The notes under the pieces: generated by a model
What the model was told of the DNA's origin: nothing
The model's database searches: none
The model's input: the letters and a program-made list of their open reading frames with translations, nothing else
Assembly (NCBI GenBank): GCA_022823405.1
Contig: JAJDXD010000116.1
Span: forward strand, 281 to 64,280
Reading direction: 5' to 3'
DNA from: Gammaproteobacteria bacterium
Lineage (GTDB): Bacteria > Pseudomonadota > Gammaproteobacteria > Arenicellales > JAJDZL01
DNA: 64,000 nucleotides
Part shown: in pieces, positions 45,630 through 56,297 of the stretch
How the letters are laid out: every line of letters begins with the position of its first letter
How positions within the stretch are numbered: the first letter of the stretch is position 1
Translations under genes and position numbers: made by a program

Positions 45630-47300
45630 ATGAACACGACTAACAATAATCAATACGACTATATAGTGATTGGTTCTGGATCTGCTGGAGGGTTGCTTAG
45701 CTATCGTCTGTCTGAAGATCCTTCGGTCCGTACTCTGCTACTCGAAGCTGGATCAGCGGAGCACCATTGGACTATTCGCATGCCGGCAGCTGCCAGGCAG
45801 AATTTTCTCGGTGGTCCTCGAAACTGGAGCTTCGAAACCGACCCCGAGCCTTACATGAACAATCGCAAACTGTTTCAACCACGAGGCAAAGTGATTGGTG
45901 GATCGTCGTCACTGAATGGCATGGTGTTTGTCCGCGGGCATCGTCAGGACTACGATAACTGGGTGCGCGAAGGAGCGAAAGGGTGGTCGTATGACGATGT
46001 TCTTCCATATTTCAAAAGTATGGAATCTTACTCCTCGGGACCATCACAATTCCGGGGCGAAAACGGACCCGTCGCAGTTGAACATATGTCAAATCTCCAC
46101 CCGATTGAACTGGCATATCTGGAAGCAGGAGAACAGGCAGGATATCGCATAGTAGACGACTATAACGGAGCGGAACAGGAAGGAGTCAGTGCATTCGATG
46201 CGAATGTTGGCGGCGGTTTTCGCTACGGAACTGCAAAGCTGCTGCATTCCATTCTGCCAAGACCAAATTTACATCTGTTATCCGGAGCGCATGTAACGCG
46301 GCTGATCATTAGCAAGGATCAGGCCCGCGGGGTCGAATACCTACATGACGGTAAGCGCTACACGGCTTATACAGAGCGAGAAGTGATCGTTTCCGCTGGT
46401 GCATTTCAGTCGCCACAGATACTGATGCTGTCTGGAATTGGGCCTGCAGAGGAGCTTAGACAATTCAACATTGAACCCCTTGTCAATCTACCAGGGGTTG
46501 GCAGAAACCTTCAGGACCACCTTGAGGTACACGTGAAGCATCGATGCCCGAAAGGACTTTCCAGAAATCGTCTGCTGCGCAAGCACAACATGCTGCTTGC
46601 GGGACTTCAGTGGTTCCTGTTCCACAGCGGTCCAGCCTCGACACCTGTTAGTCGGGTTGGCGGATTCTTGCGAACTTCAGACGATGTTGAATACCCGAAC
46701 CTGCAATACCATTTCTGGCCTTATTTTCTGGAAGGCTGGTCACCACCGCCAGAAAAAGATGGATACTGTTTTGATGTAGGACCGGTTAGGCCACAAAGTC
46801 GTGGGTGGGTTAAACTGAAATCCTCAAACCCGTTGGACACGCCCCGAATCCTCTTGAACGGACTTTCAAGTCAGCGGGATATTGAAGAGTTTCGTCAGTG
46901 CATACAAATTACCCGAGATATTGCCGCCATGAAAGCTTTTGATTTTTGTCGCGGCCCGGAGGTATCGCCAGGCCCGGATGTCATTTCGAACGCCGACATT
47001 GATGCTTATGTAAGGGAGAACGCAAACAGTGCTTATCACCCATGTGGTACTTGCAAAATTGGTAACGATGAAATGTCAGTTGTGGATAGCGAACTTCGAG
47101 TACATGGAATCGAAAGTCTGAGAATCGCCGATGCGTCCGTGATGCCCTTCATTACCAATGGTAACATCAATGCACCAAGTCTAATGATCGGGGAACGCGC
47201 GGCAGCCATGCTTTCAAATCCGATCTATCATCACCCATTAATATTTAGATACGACTTGGAAGCTCTGAAAGTCCCATTACCGAGTAAATCTTTCACATGA
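45630..47300 (+). CDS. GMC family oxidoreductase (choline dehydrogenase-like)
   Basis: YDYIVIGSGSAGGLL FAD motif, GKVIGGSSSLNGM, and a C-terminal region with AYHPCGTCKIG...RIADASVMP. Length 556 aa. Confidence 0.85.
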   Translation: MNTTNNNQYDYIVIGSGSAGGLLSYRLSEDPSVRTLLLEAGSAEHHWTIRMPAAARQNFLGGPRNWSFETDPEPYMNNRKLFQPRGKVIGGSSSLNGMVFVRGHRQDYDNWVREGAKGWSYDDVLPYFKSMESYSSGPSQFRGENGPVAVEHMSNLHPIELAYLEAGEQAGYRIVDDYNGAEQEGVSAFDANVGGGFRYGTAKLLHSILPRPNLHLLSGAHVTRLIISKDQARGVEYLHDGKRYTAYTEREVIVSAGAFQSPQILMLSGIGPAEELRQFNIEPLVNLPGVGRNLQDHLEVHVKHRCPKGLSRNRLLRKHNMLLAGLQWFLFHSGPASTPVSRVGGFLRTSDDVEYPNLQYHFWPYFLEGWSPPPEKDGYCFDVGPVRPQSRGWVKLKSSNPLDTPRILLNGLSSQRDIEEFRQCIQITRDIAAMKAFDFCRGPEVSPGPDVISNADIDAYVRENANSAYHPCGTCKIGNDEMSVVDSELRVHGIESLRIADASVMPFITNGNINAPSLMIGERAAAMLSNPIYHHPLIFRYDLEALKVPLPSKSFT

Positions 47301-47995
47301 CAGTCACGGAATCGGGTATGAAGCAATTTCGTGTCAAAACATATGCGCGGCGTGAGAGTCGCATCACACCTGCTCAGAAAAAAGCACTTGCCGAATTTCT
47401 AAGTCTGTATGAACTGCCGCTAACCGATTCACCAATATGCGTCTCGGAAGTCTTTCCAGGTACGAGTCGATTTGCTATTGAAGTTGGCTTCGGGGATGGT
47501 GAAACCCTGGTTCATCGGGCTCAGCAGAACAAAACGACCGCTTATCTTGGAATTGAAGTATATCGACCGGGTGTAGGAAAATGCCTGCTCCAGCTCCATA
47601 AAAACAATGTGAAGAACGTTCGGGTTTCAACAAATGATGCAAGGGACGTTCTGCTGCAACAGGTGCCATCCAATGAAGTGAATGAATTCATCATATTGTT
47701 TCCCGATCCCTGGCCGAAATTACGTCATCGAAAGCGCCGTCTGGTTAACTCTGAATTTATTGAACTGTGTGTAGACCGCCTGGCGATTGGAGGTACCATC
47801 CTGGTCGTTACGGATTCAAGTGATTACGCGCAGCAGGTTCTTGAGATTCTTGAAGAAAATCCCAATCTTGAGAGTATGACAGCTGAACAAGATGCAGCAG
47901 CAGTGCAAGATAAACTATGGCAAACTCGCTATGCCAGAAAGGCCAGTCTATCCGGTAGCCAAGTGTTTGAATTGCTCTACAAACATTCAGCGTGA
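47297..47995 (+). CDS. trmB: tRNA (guanine-N7)-methyltransferase
   Basis: IEVGFGDGE, LGIEVYRPGV and FPDPWPKLRHRKRRL motifs. Length 232 aa. Confidence 0.88.
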   Translation: MTVTESGMKQFRVKTYARRESRITPAQKKALAEFLSLYELPLTDSPICVSEVFPGTSRFAIEVGFGDGETLVHRAQQNKTTAYLGIEVYRPGVGKCLLQLHKNNVKNVRVSTNDARDVLLQQVPSNEVNEFIILFPDPWPKLRHRKRRLVNSEFIELCVDRLAIGGTILVVTDSSDYAQQVLEILEENPNLESMTAEQDAAAVQDKLWQTRYARKASLSGSQVFELLYKHSA

Positions 47996-48058
47996 CGTTC
48001 GGCACAAAATCTCTGATTTGTATAATCTGAATCGATTTCACAAAAATAATCGAAGCAA

Positions 48059-48907
48059 TTGATCAGGCAAATTCAATTGGTTAATCAACCTTTATCACTG
48101 AGCAAGAAATCGCAATCTCTACATTCAGCAGGGCGAGCATCCTGGTTGAATAAAAAAGATCTTTCCGCCTTTCAGAGAGATGGCTATCTGGTCGCGCGCG
48201 ACCTTTGCAAAGAAAATGTGCGAAATGAAATGCTGAAGGTAGTTGAAGAGTCTCTTTACCCGGCTCTTGCACCTGTTGAATACGAAGCCGAAGTCCATTA
48301 TCCGGGTTCACCTCCATCACGTACTTCTCCCGGGGGAGACACACCACGTCGACTTTTGAACGCATTCGCGCGGGACGACGTGTTCAGGCGATGGGCTCAA
48401 AGTCCCGAAGTAACAAGGCACGTAGGCAACCTGCTCCAAGCAGATGAACTTCAGGTCAGCCAGAATCATCACAACTGTGTGATGACAAAATTCCCCGGCT
48501 ATGGCAGCGAAACCGGATGGCACCAAGACATACGCTACTGGAGTTTCGATCGACCGGAGTTGATTACAGCATGGCTGGCACTTGGACGCGAGGACCGTAA
48601 CAATGGAAGTCTTATCGTGATTCCAGGATCACACCGCAACTCCTACGATCGCGGACAATTTGACGCGGCGCTGTTTTTCAGGACCGACGTCAAGAAAAAC
48701 CAACAACTGACAAATACAGCCAGGGTTGTCGAACTGAATGCAGGTGACGTCCTGTTCTTTCATTGCCGGTTGCTTCACAGTGCTGGTCGCAATCAGACGG
48801 ATCGCGTTAAGCTTGCAGTCGTGTTTACCTATTACGCTCACGACAACCAACCCATCACTGGTACGCGATCTGCAGAACATCCCGACATAAATTTGAGGAC
48901 TGAATAA
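48059..48907 (+). CDS. Phytanoyl-CoA dioxygenase (PhyH) family protein
   Basis: FQRDGYLV, GWHQDIRYW (HxD) and RLLHSAGRN motifs. The 5' end is uncertain. Confidence 0.75.
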   Translation: MIRQIQLVNQPLSLSKKSQSLHSAGRASWLNKKDLSAFQRDGYLVARDLCKENVRNEMLKVVEESLYPALAPVEYEAEVHYPGSPPSRTSPGGDTPRRLLNAFARDDVFRRWAQSPEVTRHVGNLLQADELQVSQNHHNCVMTKFPGYGSETGWHQDIRYWSFDRPELITAWLALGREDRNNGSLIVIPGSHRNSYDRGQFDAALFFRTDVKKNQQLTNTARVVELNAGDVLFFHCRLLHSAGRNQTDRVKLAVVFTYYAHDNQPITGTRSAEHPDINLRTE

Positions 48908-49107
48908 TGTCAATATCTGCCTATCTGCTTTATCCGATGATGGCAATTATTCTGCTGTGGATGTGGGTACGGGTGCGTGGCAAATCTCTGGAAGAAATTG
49001 TCCAGGTCTCTGCCGATGAGCACCACGCATTGACGGATTTATTCGAAGATCATCCGCGCGGCGGCAGTTGGCCTGAATTCTGCAACTGGCAACAGAACAG
49101 ATCCTGA
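48907..49107 (+). CDS. Small membrane protein (66 aa), unknown function
   Basis: N-terminal hydrophobic helix. The ATG overlaps the PhyH stop by 1 nt (TAATG). Confidence 0.4.
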   Translation: MSISAYLLYPMMAIILLWMWVRVRGKSLEEIVQVSADEHHALTDLFEDHPRGGSWPEFCNWQQNRS

Positions 49108-49431
49108 ATCGGTTTTAGACCATTCCGTTCAATTGGGCGGATGATCTGGGTTGGGTTTTGAGAGGTGTTGTCAAAAAATTAAATTACACCACTACTTACC
49201 GTTTCCCGTGAAGAAAGAATACACTGCCAGAAGAAATAATTCGATGAAAGCGACTCAATCAGTATGCAAACGAGCATTGAGTTGTACCTGGAGTGATTCA
49301 ATTGCAGGTTTTAGTTGTTTGCTAGCCCATAAGAAGTTAAGTATCACATCTCGACCGTACCTGTAAAATCAAACATAAACTGCCGACATATCAGATAAAG
49401 TAGCCATATTCCAGATTTTGGATATCCGGGC

Positions 49432-50223
49432 ATGAAGATCAGCATCAACACATTTCGCAATATGAAAATCAGCGGTGAAAAATTCGCCTGTCTCACCTCT
49501 TATGGTTATTGTGAATCGGTTGCGGCTAGCGAGGCTGGCGTTGAACTGCTTCTGGTCGGAGACTCTCTTGGAATGGTCGTGCAAGGACATGAAAGCAGTT
49601 TGCCGGTAACCATTGAAGACGTTACATATCACGTGCGCTGCGTCCAGCGAGGCAACCGCGGCGCTTTTCTTATGGCAGACCTGCCATTCATGAGTTATTA
49701 CAGTGAGAATGCAACTTTGGAAAATGCTGCACGTCTGATGAGGGAAGGTGCGCAGGTCGTCAAACTCGAAGGAGGTGCCTGGCTAGCGGAATCTACCCGA
49801 CTTTTGGTCGAACGAGGGGTTCCGGTCTGCGCACACATGGGATTGACACCGCAGTCGGTCAATCACCTGGGCGGTTATCGCGTTCAGGGCCGCGATCCGG
49901 ATCAGGCAAAGACAATGATTGATGAAGCATTGGTTCTGCAAGATGCCGGGGCTAGTTTCATACTGCTTGAATGTGTACCGAGCAAACTTGGGCAGGCAAT
50001 CACTGAAAGCTTGGAGGTACCCGTAATTGGCATTGGCGCTGGACCACATACAGACGGGCAGATTATGGTGTTACATGACTTACTGGGCTTTTATCCGGGG
50101 CGGCCCGCCAAGTTTGTCAAGAATTTTCTTGCAGAAAGCGCTGACATTCAAACTGCAATCAAGTCCTATGTTCATGCTGTCAAGTCGCACGAATTTCCCG
50201 CTCTGGAGCATTGTTATGAATGA
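49432..50223 (+). CDS. panB: 3-methyl-2-oxobutanoate hydroxymethyltransferase
   Basis: LLVGDSLGMVVQGHESSLPVT and VKLEGG motifs. Aligns with E. coli PanB. Length 263 aa. Confidence 0.92.
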   Translation: MKISINTFRNMKISGEKFACLTSYGYCESVAASEAGVELLLVGDSLGMVVQGHESSLPVTIEDVTYHVRCVQRGNRGAFLMADLPFMSYYSENATLENAARLMREGAQVVKLEGGAWLAESTRLLVERGVPVCAHMGLTPQSVNHLGGYRVQGRDPDQAKTMIDEALVLQDAGASFILLECVPSKLGQAITESLEVPVIGIGAGPHTDGQIMVLHDLLGFYPGRPAKFVKNFLAESADIQTAIKSYVHAVKSHEFPALEHCYE

Positions 50224-50587
50224 CGGTCAATCCGCCGCTATTTGGCTGACTGGAATTCAAGACCGATCAAGTGCTGACATAGTGGAGTTTGTTCAACCTC
50301 TTGAACGGGATGCTATTGTCGATACCTGTGATGTTTCAGGGGAACCGGAAAACAGTGCTGGACGATGCACTGACCTGCGAGAATTACTGCACGATGCAGA
50401 GGCTGCATTTCTTCTTGCTGGTCGACAGCTTGGCGTATATCCTGTTTCTTCTCATTCGTCGGTTCATACTGGACTTGAGTTTTTCAAGCGCGGATTTGCA
50501 GATCACATGCTCACCGATTTGTATAAGCAGGGCATGATGCAACTGCCCCGACTGGCACGGAAACAAAGAACACCCGTCATTAGCTGA
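50216..50587 (+). CDS. Hypothetical protein (123 aa) overlapping the panB stop by 8 nt
   Basis: Internal ATG of the 50027-50587 ORF; the upstream part of that ORF lies inside panB in another frame. No recognisable motif. Confidence 0.4.
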   Translation: MNDGQSAAIWLTGIQDRSSADIVEFVQPLERDAIVDTCDVSGEPENSAGRCTDLRELLHDAEAAFLLAGRQLGVYPVSSHSSVHTGLEFFKRGFADHMLTDLYKQGMMQLPRLARKQRTPVIS

Positions 50588-50833
50588 AATACAGAAATTG
50601 GCCAGAACAGTCAAAACTTGTAGTGGAATACTTGTTTCTGATGAATGGAGACAAGGTTATTCACATTCCACAAGGGGATAAATAATTAAGCACGATCTGA
50701 CACTTTCTGCGAGAGTTGGACTCGAAGATACTATTTACGACGAGGTTCCGGCAGAGAGTTGACTCTACCATTGAAGTGAGTCAGACAAAATTCTGCATCA
50801 CGCAATTTACCATTCGATCAGTAAGGCACAACC

Positions 50834-51481
50834 ATGTTCTTCAAACGAAAAAGTTCCATGCCATCACCGCAGGATGCTCTTAAGGGACGCAGTGTTCCAA
50901 TAGAGACATCACGATCCCATTTTGTAAACAATCGAAGTTTATTTGAACCCTATCCCGAAGGTAGCGAACTGGCCATGTTTGGAGCAGGCTGCTTTTGGGG
51001 AGTAGAAAAACAGTATTGGCATCTCAAAGGTGTATACGTCACTGCGGCGGGTTATTCGGGTGGATACACTCCAAATCCGACTTATCGGGAGGTCTGTACT
51101 GGGTTGACAGGTCACAATGAAGTGGTGCGGGTTGTGTTTGATCCGAACCAAATCTCATATCAGGAACTACTTCGGGTGTTTTGGGAGTGTCACGATCCTA
51201 CACAGGGTATGCGACAGGGCAACGATCTCGGCACACAGTATCGATCCGGCATTTATGTTTATGGCGATGAACAGTCAGGACAAGCTCACGAATCTCGTTC
51301 AGCCTATGAATCGTCGCTTCGTGTCCGGAAATATGGCCCGATTACTACCGAGGTTCTGAATGCTTCCGAGTTTTACTTTGCAGAGGCAGAACATCAGCAG
51401 TATCTGGCCAAGAATCCGTTTGGCTATTGCGGATTGGGTGGTACTGGAGTCTGTTACGCACCGATTGAAGCAAAAGTCTGA
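50834..51481 (+). CDS. msrA: Peptide-methionine (S)-S-oxide reductase
   Basis: GAGCFWGVE catalytic motif, GHNEVVRV and [18 protein letters not shown]. Length 215 aa. Confidence 0.92.
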   Translation: MFFKRKSSMPSPQDALKGRSVPIETSRSHFVNNRSLFEPYPEGSELAMFGAGCFWGVEKQYWHLKGVYVTAAGYSGGYTPNPTYREVCTGLTGHNEVVRVVFDPNQISYQELLRVFWECHDPTQGMRQGNDLGTQYRSGIYVYGDEQSGQAHESRSAYESSLRVRKYGPITTEVLNASEFYFAEAEHQQYLAKNPFGYCGLGGTGVCYAPIEAKV

Positions 51482-51511
51482 TTCTTTAATTTGCAAAATT
51501 ATCGCAATCTG

Positions 51512-52540
51512 ATGACGACAACCGAAACTGTCCACCTCACACTGGATGAGGTATTCTCACTGAGTCTTGATGCTCTTGTCGGTTGTGGTGCGAATCCAGA
51601 TAATGCGAAGCCAGTCGCCGAATCAATTCGCGATGCTGAAGCAGACGGCATTCGAAATGTCGGTTTGAATTATCTACCTCATTATTGTGAACACCTCCTC
51701 TGTGGCAAGGTTAATGGACAAGTAAAGGCCGCCTTCAAACAAACCGCTCCCGGTGTTGTCATCTGCGATGCCAGGAATGGATTTGCCCATTCAGCTTTTG
51801 TTCTTACATTCGATAAGTTTGTCAGCGTTGCGCTTAACAATGGAATCGGTTCGCTTTGCCTCCAGAATTCCTACGCCGCCGGGGTGATCGGCTGGTATGT
51901 CGAAAAAATTGCAGAACAAGGACTGGTGGGCCTTGCATTTGCAAATTCACCCGTCGCAATTGCACCTTGGGGAGGAACCCGCGCATTTTTTGGAACCAAT
52001 CCAATGGCATTTGCATTTCCTCGCCCCGATGATTTTCCGGTCCTTATTGATCAGTCATCCAGTACGACCGCGAAGGTGAATGTTGTTCAAGCGGCCAACA
52101 AAGGAGAGCCAATTCCTGATACCTGGGCACTGGACAAGTATGGCAATCCAACAACCGATCCGAAGGCCGGACTTGAAGGGTCAATGTCACCAGCAGGCGG
52201 TTACAAAGGTGTCGCTATGGCAATGATTGTCGACTTACTCGCAGGTGCACTAGGAGGCCCCAGTATGTCGTACAACGCATCACTCTTTGCTGGAAACAGT
52301 GGCGGGCCGCCGAATGTCGGGCAGTTCTTCATCGCAATCGACCCAAGCGCATATAACAGTGATTTCGCGCAACGAGCTGAAGCGATGATCAGTGCCATGC
52401 TTGAACAGGAGAACGTACGCCTACCCGGCAATCGTCGATTGTTAAACCGTGCGTTATTCGCCGAACAGGGCGTAACGCTCGAATACGATCTTTACCAAAA
52501 ACTCAAGGACTATTCTCAGGCTCAATCCAATTCAAACTAA
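51512..52540 (+). CDS. Ldh_2 family (malate/L-lactate/ureidoglycolate-type) dehydrogenase
   Basis: A NSPVAIAPWGG...FGTNPMAFAFP core followed by GGYKG, as recalled for PF02615. The ATG at 51512 is preferred over the TTG at 51491. Confidence 0.7.
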   Translation: MTTTETVHLTLDEVFSLSLDALVGCGANPDNAKPVAESIRDAEADGIRNVGLNYLPHYCEHLLCGKVNGQVKAAFKQTAPGVVICDARNGFAHSAFVLTFDKFVSVALNNGIGSLCLQNSYAAGVIGWYVEKIAEQGLVGLAFANSPVAIAPWGGTRAFFGTNPMAFAFPRPDDFPVLIDQSSSTTAKVNVVQAANKGEPIPDTWALDKYGNPTTDPKAGLEGSMSPAGGYKGVAMAMIVDLLAGALGGPSMSYNASLFAGNSGGPPNVGQFFIAIDPSAYNSDFAQRAEAMISAMLEQENVRLPGNRRLLNRALFAEQGVTLEYDLYQKLKDYSQAQSNSN

Positions 52541-52703
52541 GACACAAATTTCAGTTTGACGGTCGTATCCCACAAACAATACCCCGCGTCTTCCTCTCCC
52601 AGTTAATGGTAAAAATCCTGTTGTAATTCAAACAGGAATTGTATACAATCGATACGCAATAGTATATTTTTGATATATTCTGAAATTTCGTCCTCTGATC
52701 TAC

Positions 52704-53234
52704 ATGTCAGTTCATTCGATGTCAAATCAACAGGAATACCGGCCAAATGTGGCGATCGTACTCTGTAACGACCGTGCACAGGTTCTTTGGGCGCGTCGAG
52801 TTGGCCATGATGGCTGGCAATTTCCGCAAGGCGGTGTCAACCGGGATGAATCGATTCTGGATGCTGTGTATCGCGAAATGGATGAAGAACTCGGACTCAA
52901 ACCAACTCATGTCGAGCTGATCGCCTACACCAAAGACTGGCTGAAGTATGAAATTCCACGCCGATATGTTCGAGTGAGAAGCAGAAGCACGTTCAAAGGC
53001 CAGAAACAGAAATGGTTTATGTTCAAGTTTATTGGTGATGAATCAGACTTTTGTCTGGACTGTTCCGGCCATCCCGAATTTGACGAATGGAAATGGGTCA
53101 GTTACTGGACTCCCGCCGATCGCGTGATTAGCTTTAAACGGGACGTTTACCGAAGAGCACTTTCAGAGCTTGAACCATACATCGACCAGATACATAGTGA
53201 ATCTCACTTCGCGAGGCAGCCTGCAAACGGATAG
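52704..53234 (+). CDS. rppH: RNA pyrophosphohydrolase (Nudix)
   Basis: YRPNVAIVLCN...WQFPQGGVNRDESILDAVYREMDEELGL aligns with E. coli RppH, including the Nudix box. The start could instead be ATG 52719. Confidence 0.88.
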   Translation: MSVHSMSNQQEYRPNVAIVLCNDRAQVLWARRVGHDGWQFPQGGVNRDESILDAVYREMDEELGLKPTHVELIAYTKDWLKYEIPRRYVRVRSRSTFKGQKQKWFMFKFIGDESDFCLDCSGHPEFDEWKWVSYWTPADRVISFKRDVYRRALSELEPYIDQIHSESHFARQPANG

Positions 53235-53266
53235 AATTTGAACTCTTCGCCGTGTTGGCCGTTTCA

Positions 53267-53340
53267 GCGGGCGTAGTTCAATGGCAGAACCTCAGCTTCC
53301 CAAGCTGATTACGTGGGTTCGATTCCCATCGTCCGCTCCA
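53267..53340 (+). tRNA. tRNA-Gly (anticodon CCC)
   Basis: GCGGGCGTAGTTCAATGG..., anticodon loop TTCCCAA, T-arm GGTTCGATTCC and terminal CTCCA. Near-identical in pattern to E. coli tRNA-Gly(CCC). Confidence 0.9.
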
Positions 53341-53483
53341 AATTTTCTTTAGTTCAGTCTCCGGAACTTCCTGGCATCAAGTTCGGCTATTGAATTAGTC
53401 GCAGTACCAATTTGTATTGTGTAGCAAGTCTATCCTGTCTGACCAATTTAGAACTTATGGCATGCTTTTTGCGATGTTCAGAC

Positions 53484-54116
53484 TCAACCGTTTTTCTTGA
53501 ACTGGAATATTGTAATGACCCGATCGACTTTTCTGGTATTACTCGCTACTTTCGTCGCCCTATCAGCTACATCTTTGCTGACTACTCCCATCAGGTAAAC
53601 AACCTTGTCATAAGTGACAACATGCACTGTTGGAGATTCAGCATCCAATTCGTTGATGATTCGAATTTTCACCGAAGCCTGCAACGCCTTGTCGCGCCCG
53701 ATATCAAGCAGTGATCGCTGCTTGCGCACTCTCAACTCGTTAATGACTTTGAGAACTTTCGGGTGACTGTTGGCAACTTGCTCGCACCAATGCTTATCCT
53801 GTGCGGACTTCACGCTGCCAGTCAGCAACACAATCCCGTTCACAGTGGTAACATTGACTTCTGATTTGCTCATCACCTGCTCATTTTCCGAAATCAGGTT
53901 GTTGACTCTGAAGGTAATGGACGTATCTTCCAGTTGCTGCATCACCCCGCGGTTTTCCACCACTGGATTCAGCGATTCAACTTCAGCGCTCTGCGCATAC
54001 GAAACGCTACTGTTTTCGGATAACAGCACGATAGACAGCACCGCGATACCGACTGCTGTGGCCCATCTCGGTGAGACAATAGAAGACCTAATTGCAGTTT
54101 TCATAGTTGACCCCAT
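53484..54116 (-). CDS. Periplasmic BON-domain protein (DolP/OsmY family)
   Basis: Signal peptide, then two BON-like repeats (VNVTTVNGIVLLTGSV; VHVVTYDKVVYLMGVV). Positioned downstream of lpoA, as dolP is in enterobacteria. No lipobox Cys. Confidence 0.7.
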   Translation of the reverse strand: MGSTMKTAIRSSIVSPRWATAVGIAVLSIVLLSENSSVSYAQSAEVESLNPVVENRGVMQQLEDTSITFRVNNLISENEQVMSKSEVNVTTVNGIVLLTGSVKSAQDKHWCEQVANSHPKVLKVINELRVRKQRSLLDIGRDKALQASVKIRIINELDAESPTVHVVTYDKVVYLMGVVSKDVADRATKVASNTRKVDRVITIFQFKKNG

Positions 54117-54197
54117 CTGTGTCTTTCCTCATTAATTTTGAAATGTGACCAAATTTTTTGTGTCAGGATTCAAGTTTTGTTAAAAATCTGTGACAAG

Positions 54198-56198
54198 TTA
54201 CTCGCGCCCCTCACGGATTGTTAACTGCACAACATCAGCATTAAGTTTTGGAATCGGGCCTAACTCGGGAGGCGCCATATCGGAAATCAGTTCTGGAGTG
54301 CCATCTTCAAACACAGCCCAGCGCGGCTGTCGCAACACTCTGCCATTTTCAGCCAATTGAATAATCGACGTTACCCCATGAAAGCGGGCTGCCCCATCAA
54401 AACTGAGCACCTCTATACGAGACACTAGATTGTAGATGTCGACTCCCATGGCAAATAAGCGATTGACTCTTTCGTCAATCGACAGACCAGCCTCCAACGT
54501 AGACTTCAGTTCCGTCATTCTTTCACTTTTATCGATAATCCAGTCCATATCAGCGAATCGAATGCCGTTCAGATCCTGATCTCTAATTTTGTTTATTTTT
54601 CCGGGATAAATATGGGATGTCGCATAGATGGGCAGATCATGTGCTTTCAAAAAATCCAGATACGGCTTGAGTAATCGTCCATGCTCAGAATCAGCGCTTA
54701 AATAAATGAAATCAGCATCCTGCCGACGTCGGGGAACAAATTTCATTGACTTTCCCATCATCCCACGAATCGTCTGATAGCGATTCGCACTGGCGTCTAT
54801 CAGCAATATTTGCTTCGTGGCTTCCGAGTAGTCACTCTGATTGAGTTCATAATCGTAAACCTGAATAACATGACCACCTCGTTTTTTCCAACTGTCGCTA
54901 AACGCCGAAAATGCTCGATCAGACCATTGCTGTGGTGAACGAATTACCAGCGCCGTGGCATGACCATCCTGCCATGCGCGGTCTGCTATTCCGGCACCTT
55001 CGTGCTCAGGAGCCAACGCAAACTGATATACATAATCTGGCAGACTGGTTGCTGATGTCTCGCCCAACAGCAACGTCGGAACAATGAAATCCACGTATTG
55101 CGTGATTTCATTGACAAAACCTACACCAAGCGGTCCAACAACAAAGTCCGCTCCGTTGTCAACAGCCTGATAATAGAAATGTGTCACATTCGCAGGCTGA
55201 TCACCGATGTCGATCACATCAATTTGCGGTTTAAGCGGGTTCGTATCGGCCTCATGCTGAGCCATAAATCCATCTAGCACTGCTTGCACAAAAGCGCGGT
55301 TGACCGAAGAGAGGGGAAGCAACAAAGCAATTCTTGAAGTGACAACCGGTCCGGGAGCAAGGCCCGCACTAATCAGTTCATTCGCTGGATGCTCCGGGTT
55401 ATTCTGTCGCCAGTTGTTTATAGCCTGTTCGTACTTAAATGGGTCTGAGCGAACCGAGTTGAGTCCCAGTGCCAGTGCCAATACATACCATTGACGGGAA
55501 ATCGGATCTTCTGTTTTCTGTAGTGCATCCCGTAACTCTTCCAGAGTCATTCGAGACAAAACTGCCCACAACTGGTGTCCGGCTTCAAGCTGTTGAGTAC
55601 GATCATCAGACAGCAGTCCGTAAAGCTGCACCAATTCGCTGGCCATGTTAACGGGCTCTTTCAGCTGCGAATACGAGTAGGCTTTGAGCCGGGCAATGCG
55701 CACATTCTGGTCTAGGCTCGTTAATCCAGAAAGTTGCAGTCTGCCTAAACCGCGAACTGCTGAACGATGCTCACCTTCCGCCTGGTTTAAACGTGCCTTG
55801 AGTATGTCGAGATTGACCCGTTCACTGTGACTTAACTGTGTAATGTCGATTAGCTCAAGAACTTCCTGGGATTCCAGGTTTCGGCGTTCGTAAACCAAAC
55901 TCTCTGCTGCCGCTAAAAGTTGCGCATGTTGGTAGGCAGTGTCACTTGCTGCCGCTTCGATCTTTTCCCAAGCTTTTGGTCTGGGTTCGTCAATAATGAC
56001 ATCTTCGGTAATTTCACTGCTCGGCAACTCCACTTGAACTTCAGGTTCAGGCGAATCCTGAGTTGCAGATTCCAACGGTGGGACGGTGGTTACAGGCGCA
56101 GGTGTTCCAGTTGTGCAGCTGACCAGAATCAGGCATAGCGAGACAATTGACAGATGTCGAATGGTCTTCAAATGAGCATCTTTACGTGAAAATTCCAC
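54198..56198 (-). CDS. lpoA: Penicillin-binding protein activator LpoA (lipoprotein)
   Basis: Lipobox LILVSC, an N-terminal TPR-like region and a C-terminal periplasmic-binding-protein-like domain. Divergent from rsmI. Length 666 aa. Confidence 0.8.
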   Translation of the reverse strand: MEFSRKDAHLKTIRHLSIVSLCLILVSCTTGTPAPVTTVPPLESATQDSPEPEVQVELPSSEITEDVIIDEPRPKAWEKIEAAASDTAYQHAQLLAAAESLVYERRNLESQEVLELIDITQLSHSERVNLDILKARLNQAEGEHRSAVRGLGRLQLSGLTSLDQNVRIARLKAYSYSQLKEPVNMASELVQLYGLLSDDRTQQLEAGHQLWAVLSRMTLEELRDALQKTEDPISRQWYVLALALGLNSVRSDPFKYEQAINNWRQNNPEHPANELISAGLAPGPVVTSRIALLLPLSSVNRAFVQAVLDGFMAQHEADTNPLKPQIDVIDIGDQPANVTHFYYQAVDNGADFVVGPLGVGFVNEITQYVDFIVPTLLLGETSATSLPDYVYQFALAPEHEGAGIADRAWQDGHATALVIRSPQQWSDRAFSAFSDSWKKRGGHVIQVYDYELNQSDYSEATKQILLIDASANRYQTIRGMMGKSMKFVPRRRQDADFIYLSADSEHGRLLKPYLDFLKAHDLPIYATSHIYPGKINKIRDQDLNGIRFADMDWIIDKSERMTELKSTLEAGLSIDERVNRLFAMGVDIYNLVSRIEVLSFDGAARFHGVTSIIQLAENGRVLRQPRWAVFEDGTPELISDMAPPELGPIPKLNADVVQLTIREGRE

Positions 56199-56297
56199 AA
56201 TCGGACTTCATAATTTGGAAGGAATGTCGTCAGGCGCAAAATAACGAAATTTCGCAACTAAATATCGTCTCAAATTATATTACTTCGCAATATCACC

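Noticed and set aside
50027-50215. The 5' extension of the 186-aa ORF overlapping panB
   Set aside because: This extension lies inside panB in a different frame. Only the part from ATG 50216 is plausibly coding.
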